Below, in pieces: positions 31,401-42,200 of a stretch of 64,000 nt of DNA. This DNA comes from a virus. The stretch's first letter is position 1. Every line of letters starts with the position of its first letter. The notes below the pieces were generated by a model that searched no databases, was not told where the DNA came from, and saw only the letters and a program-made list of their open reading frames with translations. The DNA lies in the IMG/VR virus record IMGVR_UViG_3300045256_000567; one strand, given 5' to 3'. Made by a program: the position numbers and the translations under genes.

Positions 31401-33155
31401 CTACTTGTTTCTAATGAGAAATTTATGGGGCCAATAAGACCGGTTATTGATAATATATATAATTTTAAAGATTTAAGAGATAAAGGAACAAGAGCAAGGC
31501 CAATCGTTGTTATTAAAAGATCTTTATCTAAGTATGCTAGGGAATCTATAAAAAAATTAAAACTTTCCACATCTCCTTTAGAATTAGAAGAACATAAAAG
31601 AAGTTTAAACGAATACTTAGGAGCGAGCACACTCGATAATTTTAATGTAAATTCTTTTGATCATTTAATTGATGATGAGAGGGGAATGTTTAGAGAAACG
31701 TTCGGAGAAATAACAGGTTCCGAATACAAAAGAAATAAAGAAAGTTCGTTTACCAGTAACTATACAATACAGGTAACAACAAAATCTAAAGAAGGAATTT
31801 CAAAAAATTTTACTATTGTTCCTTCTTATATAAGTATCAATTCTTTCAAAAGAATTTCTTCTAAATTTTTGAATAATCTATTAAATCAATATATAGAGAA
31901 AAAAACAAAATCTCTGCAACAAAACCTAAATGAGGAAGAAAGAAAATTAATAGAAGTAGATGCAAAGGAAATTGAAGGAAAGATAAATGATTTTACAGTT
32001 TTCTTGGAAATGGTTAATGTAGATGATTACAAATTAACAACTGGTATGTTAAATGCACTATTTGATTCGTTAGGAAATTTAGGCAGAGCAGAAAAAGATT
32101 TTTCTAATTTTCTTGCCGAACAACTACTTTTTGACTCGTCTTTAGGATTAGCTCCAGCATTTGTATATGATGAAGATAGTATAGTATTTGCTCCTCATAC
32201 ATACAATTCTAACAAAATAGAAGACACTTATCACGCCCACATGCATCCGTTGTACTTGTTAGGAAACATCTCACCTAGATTCATGTATAAAATTGGTAAA
32301 TTTACGAAAAAATTTATAGATAAAACAACTGATGAAAAATTTTCCAGTATTTTAAAAAATTTATCAAAAGGAGGTGTTTTGAAGTTAGTACCAGGATTTT
32401 TTAGAGCTTATCATTTTCAAGGAAATGTACTTCATGATATATTAGATGCATTTAAAAGAATTCCCCTAGCTAACGCTTTACAGGAAAGTAACGAATCAGA
32501 TCTTGATGAATTAGAAAGACAAGTAGATTTAGGTTTCTTTGATAAAGAAAAAGAAGAATTTATAAAACTGGGCGGAGGTTACACATTTGGGTTTGACCCA
32601 GGTAAAAAAGATACTCCTACCTATCAAAGACGTATTTTATATGAGTTTATAAAAGATTTTAAAACTACGCTATTTCATGAAATTGGGCATCAATTAGATT
32701 TTGAGGAAGACGAACAGACAAGAAATTCTGTATATAAAAAATTTAATGACACGCTAAAAGAGGTACTTAAAGAACTGAAAAGTTCTATAGCTTCAGATAG
32801 TAGTATAAGAGAAGATTTAAAGGGGTCTTTATATAGGTATATAGATGAATATACTCAAAAATTGCTGACATCTACTATGAACAGAGCTGATTATAAGGTA
32901 TATGAATCTTTTTTATCCTTTATCTACACTACAGATAAGCCTGTTAGAGAAGAATTATATAAAATATTTGAAAGAAAACAGTCAGAGGGGTTGTTATTAA
33001 ACACATACGCTCTTTTTAACTCTGTTGAGATCCCATCAACCGTACTGGAATACGCCTCTATTTTGGGGGAAGAGGAATTTAAGAAAAGATTTCCAAAATA
33101 CATAGAAGTGCTAGACTACCTATTAGAAATTGCGAAAAATGGAGGTTATCTATAG
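28260..33155 (+). CDS. Giant protein (1631 aa) with C-terminal zincin metallopeptidase domain; probable virion-internal protein
   Basis: TTLFHEIGHQLD (HExxH at 32676-32690) plus downstream NTYALFNSVE third-ligand motif; paralog of 33150..38015. Confidence 0.75.
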   Translation: MGTFYSKDGPIQTEKDYDVVKRVPEGQVVYNSKFPNLVFYQNQVLPMRNGVIVNYQDSDWVMENYQNYLSKYSQKQPTTPIKQTEAPLSEENTSKKLIDLIREINAMQDLEDVISLNNEFSDADLKKLEEKYGIYTSSKGELLIKENASFEQIKSLVTLLLRYEAYLFTGNKDIFKKDSELGHSDISLLAKKELKKLLHIPIPIIYEKSGNTNEAISYAISSIYDKNMEFDELDIELASIISEKGKEYYKSKNKPYFSINLEKNQLSIEAASNLMKFIPFYFKDYLGFEGEDDFIEIEQMISAIPSAIFGKDLIDFLYSKKPEISRLLKNFFSDQSTGLIYSTWESLRKYEFSKYDKTTFLLSLYDSMLEQIDREIRKLSFISTNADGKSDAMFNAVKGILSAYLSNSVMYIMKNQDLLDDLRSVRPDEGYSILSDKLIEFEKNNNFLFLSRALSPRNQSTLEAKILLGFFSNENLDNQKIKDFLQKDIKDIKAKKDIKNYDLYLQDIEKIFTDILNPSYRLRDEIQQRIEDSFGKAHPYVKNKEIISVLPFIFSNLNNPVISSGIDKDFLKGVMNIITEEISKTLQNPSFSDDLKEYFESLLEETSNYFKDEDIKSMSKFLVSILLSTNETNTPENTEKVNELFKKMMQKLKNSTSTTEFVENSEFISETVKMFEDLFHPQYNAYIGFIEMKQSLNILHLKKELYQELVDLEESNYTLASALQESLLQRKDSLIYPTGYENFQSDQDKNIAAKKERKEFIDNAKLRSVEVLKEAIDKLKNKDFTTTERYVGEELEKRKKELIGQLSYIANFINSEYKTEPLYKLNEAFYNALDIIKSMYQFSSDKKTRDTLISIGAEVFYSKFSISDILMENKNNTNFTISVSSGSPSTHISGHIFLMKLVKDLDRYKEIAVSFTSKYSAIPLLTISKYNQKRTPIINISRDSENKLYIDFAHSIFYPYYGTSSSSDQFAVSESVIKPNIISSQNIPSNLSNRISSTNFYDNIPRPLLSSTKTQEISLDSLKELLFSGPKTLERMSYAESMVCNFPLLVSNEKFMGPIRPVIDNIYNFKDLRDKGTRARPIVVIKRSLSKYARESIKKLKLSTSPLELEEHKRSLNEYLGASTLDNFNVNSFDHLIDDERGMFRETFGEITGSEYKRNKESSFTSNYTIQVTTKSKEGISKNFTIVPSYISINSFKRISSKFLNNLLNQYIEKKTKSLQQNLNEEERKLIEVDAKEIEGKINDFTVFLEMVNVDDYKLTTGMLNALFDSLGNLGRAEKDFSNFLAEQLLFDSSLGLAPAFVYDEDSIVFAPHTYNSNKIEDTYHAHMHPLYLLGNISPRFMYKIGKFTKKFIDKTTDEKFSSILKNLSKGGVLKLVPGFFRAYHFQGNVLHDILDAFKRIPLANALQESNESDLDELERQVDLGFFDKEKEEFIKLGGGYTFGFDPGKKDTPTYQRRILYEFIKDFKTTLFHEIGHQLDFEEDEQTRNSVYKKFNDTLKEVLKELKSSIASDSSIREDLKGSLYRYIDEYTQKLLTSTMNRADYKVYESFLSFIYTTDKPVREELYKIFERKQSEGLLLNTYALFNSVEIPSTVLEYASILGEEEFKKRFPKYIEVLDYLLEIAKNGGYL

Positions 33156-36100
33156 ATATCCGCGTGATTTTGCTACACTAAGTAAATAGTCTAAAACTGT
33201 TTCATATTCTTTAAATCTTTTTCTAAATTCTTCTTCTCCTAAAACCGAAGCAAACTCCAGTACAGTTGAAGGTATTTCATTACCATTAAAAAGAGCATAA
33301 GTATTTAATAATACACCGCTGTCTACATATTTAGATAGAATTTTAATAAATTCATTTTTCTCTTTAACATCTACAGATAAATCAGAAAAGAATTCTCTAA
33401 ATTTTTCATATATGCTGTAATCGATAATATTAATATCTCCATTAATTACTCGGTTTATATATGCATCTACAAGATCGATAATTGTGTGTTTTTTTGATTT
33501 ACCTAAACTGCTTAATTCAATATCCTCTTTAAGTTTTCCTATATATTTTTTAATAGTTGGTGATATAGATTTGTAAAATTTTTTCCTTTCGTTATATCCC
33601 GCCAAATAATCTAATTTATGACCAAGTTCGTGAAATAAAATAGTTTTTAAACTTCCTATATATTCGTTAATATTTTCATCCAAAATATTTTTAGGATAGT
33701 CATTTGATTGGTCTTCTGTATTTGATATTTCAGTTTCTGTGCTTAATCTCTGTTTTTTAGAAATTTCACCATATTCCAATTCTTTTTCTAGCAAATCAAA
33801 TTCTGTACTTACACCTAATAAATTTGTAGATATACCAAACTTTCTTAATGAATCTAGGACATCATGAAATATATGCTCACCTCTTCTATAAAAAGATCTG
33901 AAAATGCCTGGAACCATTTTTATTGAACCTTCTTTTGAAACATTTTCTAATATTTTAGAAAATTTTTCATCAGTTGTTTTTTCTACTATCTTTTTTGAAA
34001 GTCTTGAAATTTTATACATAAATCTAGAAGATATGTTTCCTAGGGTGTATAAAGGAAACATCTCAAAATGAAATGTACTTTCTAAATTATTAGATTTTGG
34101 AATATATGGGGAAAAGCTTATACCATTTTCATCATAAAAAAATACAGGACTTATCCCTAAAGATCCTTCAAGTATTAGCTGTTCAGCGAGAAAGTTACCA
34201 AAATCTTGATAATCTTCCCCTGTATATACTAGCTTATCCAATATACTTTCTAACATTCCAATTGATGAAATATAATTACTAGTTTCAATTTCTCTTAGAA
34301 AATTTTTAAATTTTATTATTTTTCCCTTTATTTGTTCTAACTCATCTGATCCTAATCCTAGTTTTTCTTTTTTATTTGCATATTCCTCAAATAACTTATT
34401 TATATATTTATAAGAAATTCTTTTAAAAGAATCAATTCTTATAAAAGACGGTATAATAATAAGTTTTTTCTCTTCTCCACGTTTAGATCTTGTTGTTATT
34501 TCTATTTGGTAATTATTTGAAGTTGTATCCGTATAAGTTTTTTTATACTCGGCTTTAATTATATCTCCAAATGTTTCTTTAAACGAACCATTTTGATCGT
34601 CAAAAAAATGATCAAACGCATCAACAGAAAAATCTTTTAATATAGATGATCCAATATTTTCATCTAATTCTCTTTTCCATTCTTGTGTTCTACCACTATG
34701 TGAAGAAATTAATAAATATAGGTCAATGTTATTACGCATTGACATGATAATACTATTTATTGTATTGATTGCGTCCACGTTATTACGATCTTTATAATGA
34801 TACAAATTATCCATAAACGGCCTTATTGGACCTAAAAACTTTTCATTTGAAACAATTAATGGAAAACTGTAGGCCATTGATTCAGCATAAGATAAATCAT
34901 CTAATGTTTTTGGAACTCCCCAAAAAATATCTTTTAATGAACCTAAAGAAATTCTCTGATGCTTTGCTCCTGCAATTTGTGGTCTTGGTATTTTGTTGTT
35001 TTCAACTAAAATATTTACTCTACCATAAAAATTAGGATTTATAGCACTAAACATAGGGCTAACTCTTTCAATTACTTTTTCCGACAACGAAAAATTATTA
35101 TCTTTTCCTGGAGATGTATATGGATAATATACAGTACTCGCAAAATCTATATATAAATTATTATCATGTTGCAATGAAATTTTTAGTATTGGTATTCTTT
35201 TTTGGTTATATTTAGAAATAGTAAGTATTGTAAATGATCTATCAGGAGCATTATTTGTAAAATTAAATGCAAACTCTCTATATTTTTCTAAATCTTTTAC
35301 AAGTTTCATAAAAAATATATGCCCAGAAATATGGTGACTTGGAGAACCACTAGAAATAGAAACCGTAAAATTAGAGTTGCTATTAGATTCCATTAATATA
35401 TCTGATAAAAGAAATTTTGCTGATAAAATTTTTCCACCAATTCTTATAAGATTTCTTCTTAATTTAAAACCAGTAGATAAGTTGCTTAAATTATTTACGG
35501 CATCAAGCATTCTATAAAAAGCTTCATTAAATTTATAAATTGGTTCTGTTTTGTATTCCGAATCTATGAATTTAACCATATAATCCATGTATTTTGCTAT
35601 TTCTTTTATTCCTTGATTATACATTCCTAAAAACAATTCATCTTCTTCTGTAAGATCACCATCTTTTAATTGCTCAATGGCCTCTTTTAATGCATTTATT
35701 GCTTTTAATTTATTTTCATTTATAAAATTTATGCGTTCCAATCTTAAAGTTTTATTTTTACTATGAAGATCAGAAAAATTTCCATAATTATAATCGTAAA
35801 GAAAGCTATCTATTCTTTGCAATAAAGATTCTTGTAAAGAAGCCGCCAACGCATAATCATATTTTTCAAAATCTACTAATTGTTCATATAATTCTTTTTT
35901 TAAATTCAAAATATTTAAATTTTGTTTCATTAAAATATACCCTATATGTGCATCATATTGGGGGTGATATAAATCCTCGAACATCTTTACTGTATCAGAT
36001 ATAAAATTAGCGACTATTGTAAATTTTTTTAAATCTTCTTTTGATTCTTCCAATTTTTTTAACATTTTCTTAAAAATTTCGTTTATTTTATTTGAATTTG

Positions 36101-38015
36101 ATAATGCATTTTTATCATTAGTAGACATTATTATGTCTATTAAATCTTTTGACATTTCTTTTATTTCAGGATCATCAAAATCTTTCGATTCTGTTTCCAA
36201 TAAAGATTCTAGCTGCTGTAAAAATTTGTCTGTAGATATTTCATCAAGATTTATTTCTGGTAGAAAAATATTTCTAGAAGAAGTTGTTGCACCTTTTAGT
36301 TTATCAAAATGATCTATAATCATGGGCATAACTTTTCTTAAAAATTCTTTATCCACTCCAGAATAAATAGAACGATTGTTTAAATGCGATAAAACAAAAT
36401 GAATTGCAAAAAAGATTGCTGGATTACTAGCATATGTATAAGAAGATAATTCTTCAGTTATTTTTTTGTGCAAACCGAGAGAATAATCTCCTCTAGACAA
36501 TGATAGCAACATAGTATTTAAATCTTCTAGATATTTTCCATAATTCCCCTCTCCTAATTTTCTTTTCATGGTATTTATTTCTTCTGATCTTAAAATATCT
36601 TTAATTTTTTTGTCATCAATATGTTCTCCGTTTAAAATTCCCAATAAAACCTTAGCTTGCATTACATTTTCTTCTGAAGGAGAAAAAGATTCTAAAAAAA
36701 GATCGGAGTCGTTTTCTGAATGAAATTTTTTTAATTTATTTAAAATAATTGAAGCTCCGTCATTTAATGAACTTGATTTTAATTCTTCAAAAATATTTAT
36801 GTCTTCTAATAAAGACAATATAAATCTAGAAAAATAAATAGATAAAACTCCTTTAACAGCACTAAACATTGGATCATTTGTTTCATCTGCGTATTCATCT
36901 ATAAATGAGAGTTTCGATATTTTTTTATCTAGTTCAATTGATATATTTTTATATAATGTATTTATAAGTTCTACTTCATCATAATTATTGACTATATACT
37001 CTTCTAAAGCGTATTGAATAGCAAAATGAAGTTTATTGGATGAAATAAAATCTTCAATAAATTTTTCTATTTCTCTCCTCTCTGAGAGCAATAATTTTAT
37101 TAAATCGTTGCCAAAAATCGCAGCAGGTAAAGCATGTAATATTGGCTCCATATCATATATGTAAGATTTTTCTCCACCCAAAGAATTTTTAAAATAAAAT
37201 GTTACAAATTTCATTAGGTTTGAGGCATCTTCTATAGAATAATTATGCCTATTTAAGTCAATAAAAAAATATGGTGTGCCATGTAAAGAGTAATATTCAT
37301 TACCCTTTTTAAAGATAAGTTCTGACAATTGTATATCCATTTCATCAAATTCAATATTTTTATCATACATACCAATTAAAAGTCCGCCGATCAATTTTGA
37401 AACATCCATGTTACCAAAATTAATTAATTTCAGAATTGCTTTTGCCGCCATTCTCCCTAATTCTTCTTTTGAAAGTGAATCTTCACCTATAAAAGTTCCT
37501 TTTTGATTTGTGTATATTTCATGTTTAATTAATAATGTGAAAAGGTTTTTTAATTGCTGAAAATTTACGTCATCTTTTAAAATAAGTTCTTTTTTATCAG
37601 AAATATAAAATCCGTATTTTTTTTCTAAATTTTTTATATCTGGATCAGAAAAACTAGTATGTAAAATTATTCTATCCTCTACATCCATTGACCCATCTAT
37701 TTCTTGTATGGTCTCTATTAATTTTTCTTTAATTTTTTCTGTTGTTTCAGAAGTTTGAGATTCATCAATTATTTCTTGTTGGGCAGTTTGTTGTGGATGA
37801 TATTTATTTATAAAGTTTTGGTAAGACTCCATTACCCAATCAGAATCTTGGTAGTTTACAATTACTCCATTTCTCATTGGAAGTACTTGGTTTTGATAAA
37901 AAACAAGGTTAGGAAATTTCGAGTTATAGACTACCTGCCCTTCTGGAACCCTTTTCACGACATCGTAGTCTTTTTCAGTTTGTATTGGACCGTCTTTGGA
38001 GTAGAATGTTCCCAT
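33150..38015 (-). CDS. Giant protein (1621 aa) with C-terminal zincin metallopeptidase domain; paralog of 28260..33155
   Basis: TILFHELGHKLD (33618-33632), NTYALFNGNE; collinear similarity over the full length. Confidence 0.75.
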   Translation of the reverse strand: MGTFYSKDGPIQTEKDYDVVKRVPEGQVVYNSKFPNLVFYQNQVLPMRNGVIVNYQDSDWVMESYQNFINKYHPQQTAQQEIIDESQTSETTEKIKEKLIETIQEIDGSMDVEDRIILHTSFSDPDIKNLEKKYGFYISDKKELILKDDVNFQQLKNLFTLLIKHEIYTNQKGTFIGEDSLSKEELGRMAAKAILKLINFGNMDVSKLIGGLLIGMYDKNIEFDEMDIQLSELIFKKGNEYYSLHGTPYFFIDLNRHNYSIEDASNLMKFVTFYFKNSLGGEKSYIYDMEPILHALPAAIFGNDLIKLLLSERREIEKFIEDFISSNKLHFAIQYALEEYIVNNYDEVELINTLYKNISIELDKKISKLSFIDEYADETNDPMFSAVKGVLSIYFSRFILSLLEDINIFEELKSSSLNDGASIILNKLKKFHSENDSDLFLESFSPSEENVMQAKVLLGILNGEHIDDKKIKDILRSEEINTMKRKLGEGNYGKYLEDLNTMLLSLSRGDYSLGLHKKITEELSSYTYASNPAIFFAIHFVLSHLNNRSIYSGVDKEFLRKVMPMIIDHFDKLKGATTSSRNIFLPEINLDEISTDKFLQQLESLLETESKDFDDPEIKEMSKDLIDIIMSTNDKNALSNSNKINEIFKKMLKKLEESKEDLKKFTIVANFISDTVKMFEDLYHPQYDAHIGYILMKQNLNILNLKKELYEQLVDFEKYDYALAASLQESLLQRIDSFLYDYNYGNFSDLHSKNKTLRLERINFINENKLKAINALKEAIEQLKDGDLTEEDELFLGMYNQGIKEIAKYMDYMVKFIDSEYKTEPIYKFNEAFYRMLDAVNNLSNLSTGFKLRRNLIRIGGKILSAKFLLSDILMESNSNSNFTVSISSGSPSHHISGHIFFMKLVKDLEKYREFAFNFTNNAPDRSFTILTISKYNQKRIPILKISLQHDNNLYIDFASTVYYPYTSPGKDNNFSLSEKVIERVSPMFSAINPNFYGRVNILVENNKIPRPQIAGAKHQRISLGSLKDIFWGVPKTLDDLSYAESMAYSFPLIVSNEKFLGPIRPFMDNLYHYKDRNNVDAINTINSIIMSMRNNIDLYLLISSHSGRTQEWKRELDENIGSSILKDFSVDAFDHFFDDQNGSFKETFGDIIKAEYKKTYTDTTSNNYQIEITTRSKRGEEKKLIIIPSFIRIDSFKRISYKYINKLFEEYANKKEKLGLGSDELEQIKGKIIKFKNFLREIETSNYISSIGMLESILDKLVYTGEDYQDFGNFLAEQLILEGSLGISPVFFYDENGISFSPYIPKSNNLESTFHFEMFPLYTLGNISSRFMYKISRLSKKIVEKTTDEKFSKILENVSKEGSIKMVPGIFRSFYRRGEHIFHDVLDSLRKFGISTNLLGVSTEFDLLEKELEYGEISKKQRLSTETEISNTEDQSNDYPKNILDENINEYIGSLKTILFHELGHKLDYLAGYNERKKFYKSISPTIKKYIGKLKEDIELSSLGKSKKHTIIDLVDAYINRVINGDINIIDYSIYEKFREFFSDLSVDVKEKNEFIKILSKYVDSGVLLNTYALFNGNEIPSTVLEFASVLGEEEFRKRFKEYETVLDYLLSVAKSRGYL
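37828..38015 (-). repeat. Right arm of the 188-bp inverted repeat
   Basis: Reverse complement of 28260..28447. Confidence 0.95.
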
Positions 38016-38123
38016 AGTTTAAAACCAAAAAATATATTTATTATATTATACAATTTTTTGCATCGACAAACAAATTAATATATTTGTGTTTAATTTTTCT
38101 TTTTTTGTGATACAATCTACTTG

Positions 38124-38618
38124 ATGGAAACGTTAACTTTTTATATAAAAAATTACAAAGATGAAACACTAAAAAACATAAACCCAGATTTAGTTCTGGA
38201 AAAAAACATAGAAGCTCTTAGGGCTTCTGGTGAACTGTGGAATAAAGAAGAATTAGAGCAAATGATAAGAGAAAAATACAAAAACGAAAAACAAAATATT
38301 CTATCTTCTACAGATAGCTATTTGAATGATTTAATTGGATTTACTTATACATATGAAGAAGGAAGAGAAGATTTAAATATTGAAAAGAATCTGTGTAGTC
38401 CAGAAAAATTGTATTTAGGGTTAAAAGATAAAAATACTATATATCTAGATTGTAATAGAATTTTAAGAACTAATGATCCACTTGTTCTAGAAAGTAAGAT
38501 AAAAGATAGCGCAAGAAAACTTGCAGAAAATTATATTGTTAATTTAATAAACAATATATTTGGAGAAATATATAGTAAAAACGCAGTAATTAATTCAGAA
38601 TTTTATGCGAAAATATAA
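38124..38618 (+). CDS. Hypothetical protein (leaderless)
   Basis: TGATACAAT (38108-38116) lies 7 nt before the ATG. Confidence 0.7.
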   Translation: METLTFYIKNYKDETLKNINPDLVLEKNIEALRASGELWNKEELEQMIREKYKNEKQNILSSTDSYLNDLIGFTYTYEEGREDLNIEKNLCSPEKLYLGLKDKNTIYLDCNRILRTNDPLVLESKIKDSARKLAENYIVNLINNIFGEIYSKNAVINSEFYAKI

Positions 38619-38868
38619 AATTATAGGAGAATTTGATTCATATATTGATGACGATTATTTACTAGTTTCGTCATTAGAAAACGATTGTTCTTCTCATAAA
38701 GTATATAGAATTTCTCAAGGCATAAATTTCTTTTTAGAAAAAGATATTTTTTGCGGCGCAAAAGTAAATTTATCAAAACTAGATGACGAAAAACTTTCTT
38801 ATTTTGTATTAGTAGACGAAGATGGATACGAAATAGAGTTAAGTATGTTTCTTTCGGACTTTCTTTAA
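38605..38868 (+). CDS. Hypothetical protein
   Basis: 87 aa, overlapping the upstream stop codon. Confidence 0.65.
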   Translation: MRKYKIIGEFDSYIDDDYLLVSSLENDCSSHKVYRISQGINFFLEKDIFCGAKVNLSKLDDEKLSYFVLVDEDGYEIELSMFLSDFL

Positions 38869-38905
38869 AAATTGGATTTTGAGAAATTTTTTGTATAATA
38901 CAATC

Positions 38906-39211
38906 ATGGAAACCATATCAAACGCAGAAAGATATAAATTTTTAATAATGGTACAAAATTTATTCTATCCACAGATGGATGTTGGATTTTACGAAGAAAT
39001 ATCAAAACGTTTACCAAAAGCGGAAAAAGATAAAGATAATTCTGCTTTAAAAGAATTTTTAGCTGGAGTAGCACTTATTGGAGAATATATAGCAAAAGGC
39101 GATATTGAAGAAAAATGTAAAGCAGGACTGAATTCAGTAAATATACTTAAAAAGTACGGAGTTCAGTCGAATCGTTACTTTGACGATGTAATTTCTTTTT
39201 GCAAGAAATAA
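38906..39211 (+). CDS. Hypothetical protein (leaderless; start revised to ATG 38906)
   Basis: TATAAT (38894-38899) lies 6 nt before the ATG of METISNAER. Confidence 0.7.
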   Translation: METISNAERYKFLIMVQNLFYPQMDVGFYEEISKRLPKAEKDKDNSALKEFLAGVALIGEYIAKGDIEEKCKAGLNSVNILKKYGVQSNRYFDDVISFCKK

Positions 39212-39244
39212 CACTACTAAAAATTTTTTCTTTTGGGGCATTTA

Positions 39245-42200
39245 ATGGGTGTTCGATACTTACAAAACGGACAAACAGAACCAATACTAGATCGTAATGG
39301 AAATCCTGTAGATTATGATGTAGTTGTTTATGTTCCTGAAGGTTATGTATTAGTAAATAAAGATAATTCTAACAATTTTTACAAATCTGGAACTAGAGTA
39401 AATCCAAAATCAGCTCCTAAAGGTGTAAAAGTAAATTATCCTGATGCTAAGTGGGAGCTAGTAAGCGAAGCATCATTTTCTTCTGTATTACAACAAGCGC
39501 AACAGCAACAACAGCCTCAACAACAACAGCAACAAGAACTACTATCTTCAAGAGAAAAAGAGCTTGATGAACTAGTAGAAGACCCAAATCTCAAAAAAAC
39601 CTTAGAGTCTTATTTAAGTAATGAAGAGATTTCTAAAATCCTGAATAAAAAGCTTTCAGAAATACAAGATGCGTATCAGAAAATTTCTGAAAAATCTTCA
39701 GAAGAAGAAATAAATGATTTCTATGAACAGGTAAAAAGTATTACAAATGATATGCTGTATTTAGTAGCAAGCTCACTGGAGCTACAGGCTGAAGGAAAAA
39801 ATGAACGTCAATTATATCCAATTAGTAATGAAGAATACTTAGAAAAATTTAAAGATTCTATAACTAAATTATCGCTTTTACTTTTAGGAAAACAATTAAC
39901 TGAAATAGATTTAAAAGATCTTAAAGATATAATCTCTTCTACTTTTGAAGATATAAACATACAGGATTTTTTATCATCTAGAAATTCCCGTATTCTAATA
40001 AAGAAAGATTTTGATCCCAAGTTTGAAGATTTTGTAGACAAACTTATTTCTTCTAGTATAACTCAAGAAGAAAAAGAACAAGAATTAAATAGATTAGAAT
40101 TAGAAGTAGCAGGACTGCTAACAAATGTAACTGATTATTTAACAGAACACGATCTAAATGAGCTTGGAACTGCTATATCTAAACAAATAAATGAATTTAG
40201 AGAAATGTTAAAGGAAGGTCAGCTTTCTGATCAAGATGTAGAAAAAGTAAAAGAAAAAAATCTGATAGAACTTTTGAGAAATAAGAAAGATGTTTCACAG
40301 CTTACTGAAGGAGAATTAAAAGAACTAATAGAATCTGTACCTGAAAAAGAATATACAGAGATAGAAGAAGTAAAAGAAATTACATCTGAAGAGGAGCTAA
40401 AAGATGAAGAAGCATATACAAGAGGATTAGGAGTTTTCTTTGACCGTTCTTTAGAAGATGTAGAAAAATACATTGACCACATAGAAGGAACCTTTTTATC
40501 TCTAAAAGCGATAGACTCTTTCACCAAACAAGACCTATTAGATATGTATATAGGTCAATTGGGTGGTATGGAGTTTAGTGGTGCTGTAAAAATGCTTAAT
40601 TTTGTTTATGCACTCATGGAGCTTGACAAAAAATTTTCTGGAATGAGTAACGTACAGAAATTCATGGAATTGAAAAAAGACCCAACTTTGTTTAAAGAAA
40701 TGCTAGTAGGCGCGTGTGTATCGAAAAAAATTTCTTCATTTCATAAAAAATCCAGAATAGACAGTAGTTCTACTAATGTAGGTTCTCCAAATAAAGATGT
40801 AATTACAAAAGCAACTAGTGAATGTGAACAGAAGTTGGATCCTGTAGCCAACGCGGTCATTGATTATATGCGAGAATACGAAACTTCTTATATATATGGA
40901 ATTTTGGATATTACAGATAAAGTGCATCAATCAATGATAAAAACTATTTTTAGAGAAGAAATAAAAAATAAAGACGATCCTTTAATAAATCTAAAAGCAA
41001 GAAACATTGCTGCAAGAAATATTATTAATAGAGTACAAGAAATAAAAAGATTCAAAGGAGTAAAAGAAGAAGAAGCAAAAGTAAAGGCGGAACTTGAAGG
41101 GCTAGAAAAAGATTTATCTGATGAAAATACGGATGCAGAATCACAAGCTCTTTCTGAAGAAATACTAGACGAAAAGGTAAAAATTATACAAAAAATTTTT
41201 GGACTTAAAGACAAAACAATACATGCTTTAAGGCAAAAATTTGGTTTATTTAAAACAGAAAACGAAAAACTTTTTGGTCATATTCTTTTAAATATACCTC
41301 TATATGCTGTACCTGAAAATTTAGATGAGTTACGAAATAAACTTTCAGAAGAAGAATTTAGTGAAATACTAGAAAATTCACCAACTGCACAATCTCTGTC
41401 ATTAACCTTAAGCGCGTTTTCTTCTGATTCTGCTAATGTAAATAATTTTACAAACTTGACACCTAATAGAGACTTTAATATTTTACTTTCTAACTATATA
41501 GAAAGATTTATAGTGTCTTTAGCACAACGAAGATATAATGGAGAGTTTATAAAAGAAGATGAAGTAGAAAATCTGTTTCTTGATTTACAAACTGAAACAC
41601 AAACATCTATAAGAGATTCATTAGAAATGATTGTAGAATTTTCTGCTAATACTGATTTTATCAATTTAGATGAAGAACAAGTATATAAAAAGATACTTGA
41701 AATGTTTTTACCAAAAATAAAAACTGCTTTGATTAACCTTGGGAAAAGTGAAAATAGGTATGGAAATCACGGATATGAATATTTATACTTTATAAATTAC
41801 GATAACCCAAAAGATAACTTACCAGAAAAAGAATTTATTCCAAGCGAAGATAGTTATAAAGGTTTGGTAAGAGATCTATCTTATATAGCGGTTTTTAGTA
41901 CTATGTTAAAAACCTTTGAGTTGTTTTACAAAAAGAAACTTTCTTTGCCTGATGGTAGAACTGGAATTATTAGCCTTATGTCTAACATACAAGAAAATAT
42001 ACCAAATGCTTTAAGCTCCATAGAGCCTAATAATGAAAATGCAGGTAGAGATGTAATCTATTATTATGATAACAATGATGGAAGATACAATTTTGTTTTT
42101 GATTTGTTCTTTCCATTTATACACCCTAACAATCAAAGATCGTTTGAAGGAGAATATATAGGCAGTATTAAAGGTTTTGTTAGTCAATTACATTTATTTG

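Noticed and set aside
28260-38015. Diversity-generating retroelement (template/variable repeat pair)
   Set aside because: The repeat is inverted, lies at the 5' ends, and has one non-adenine-specific mismatch; there is no reverse transcriptase in the window.
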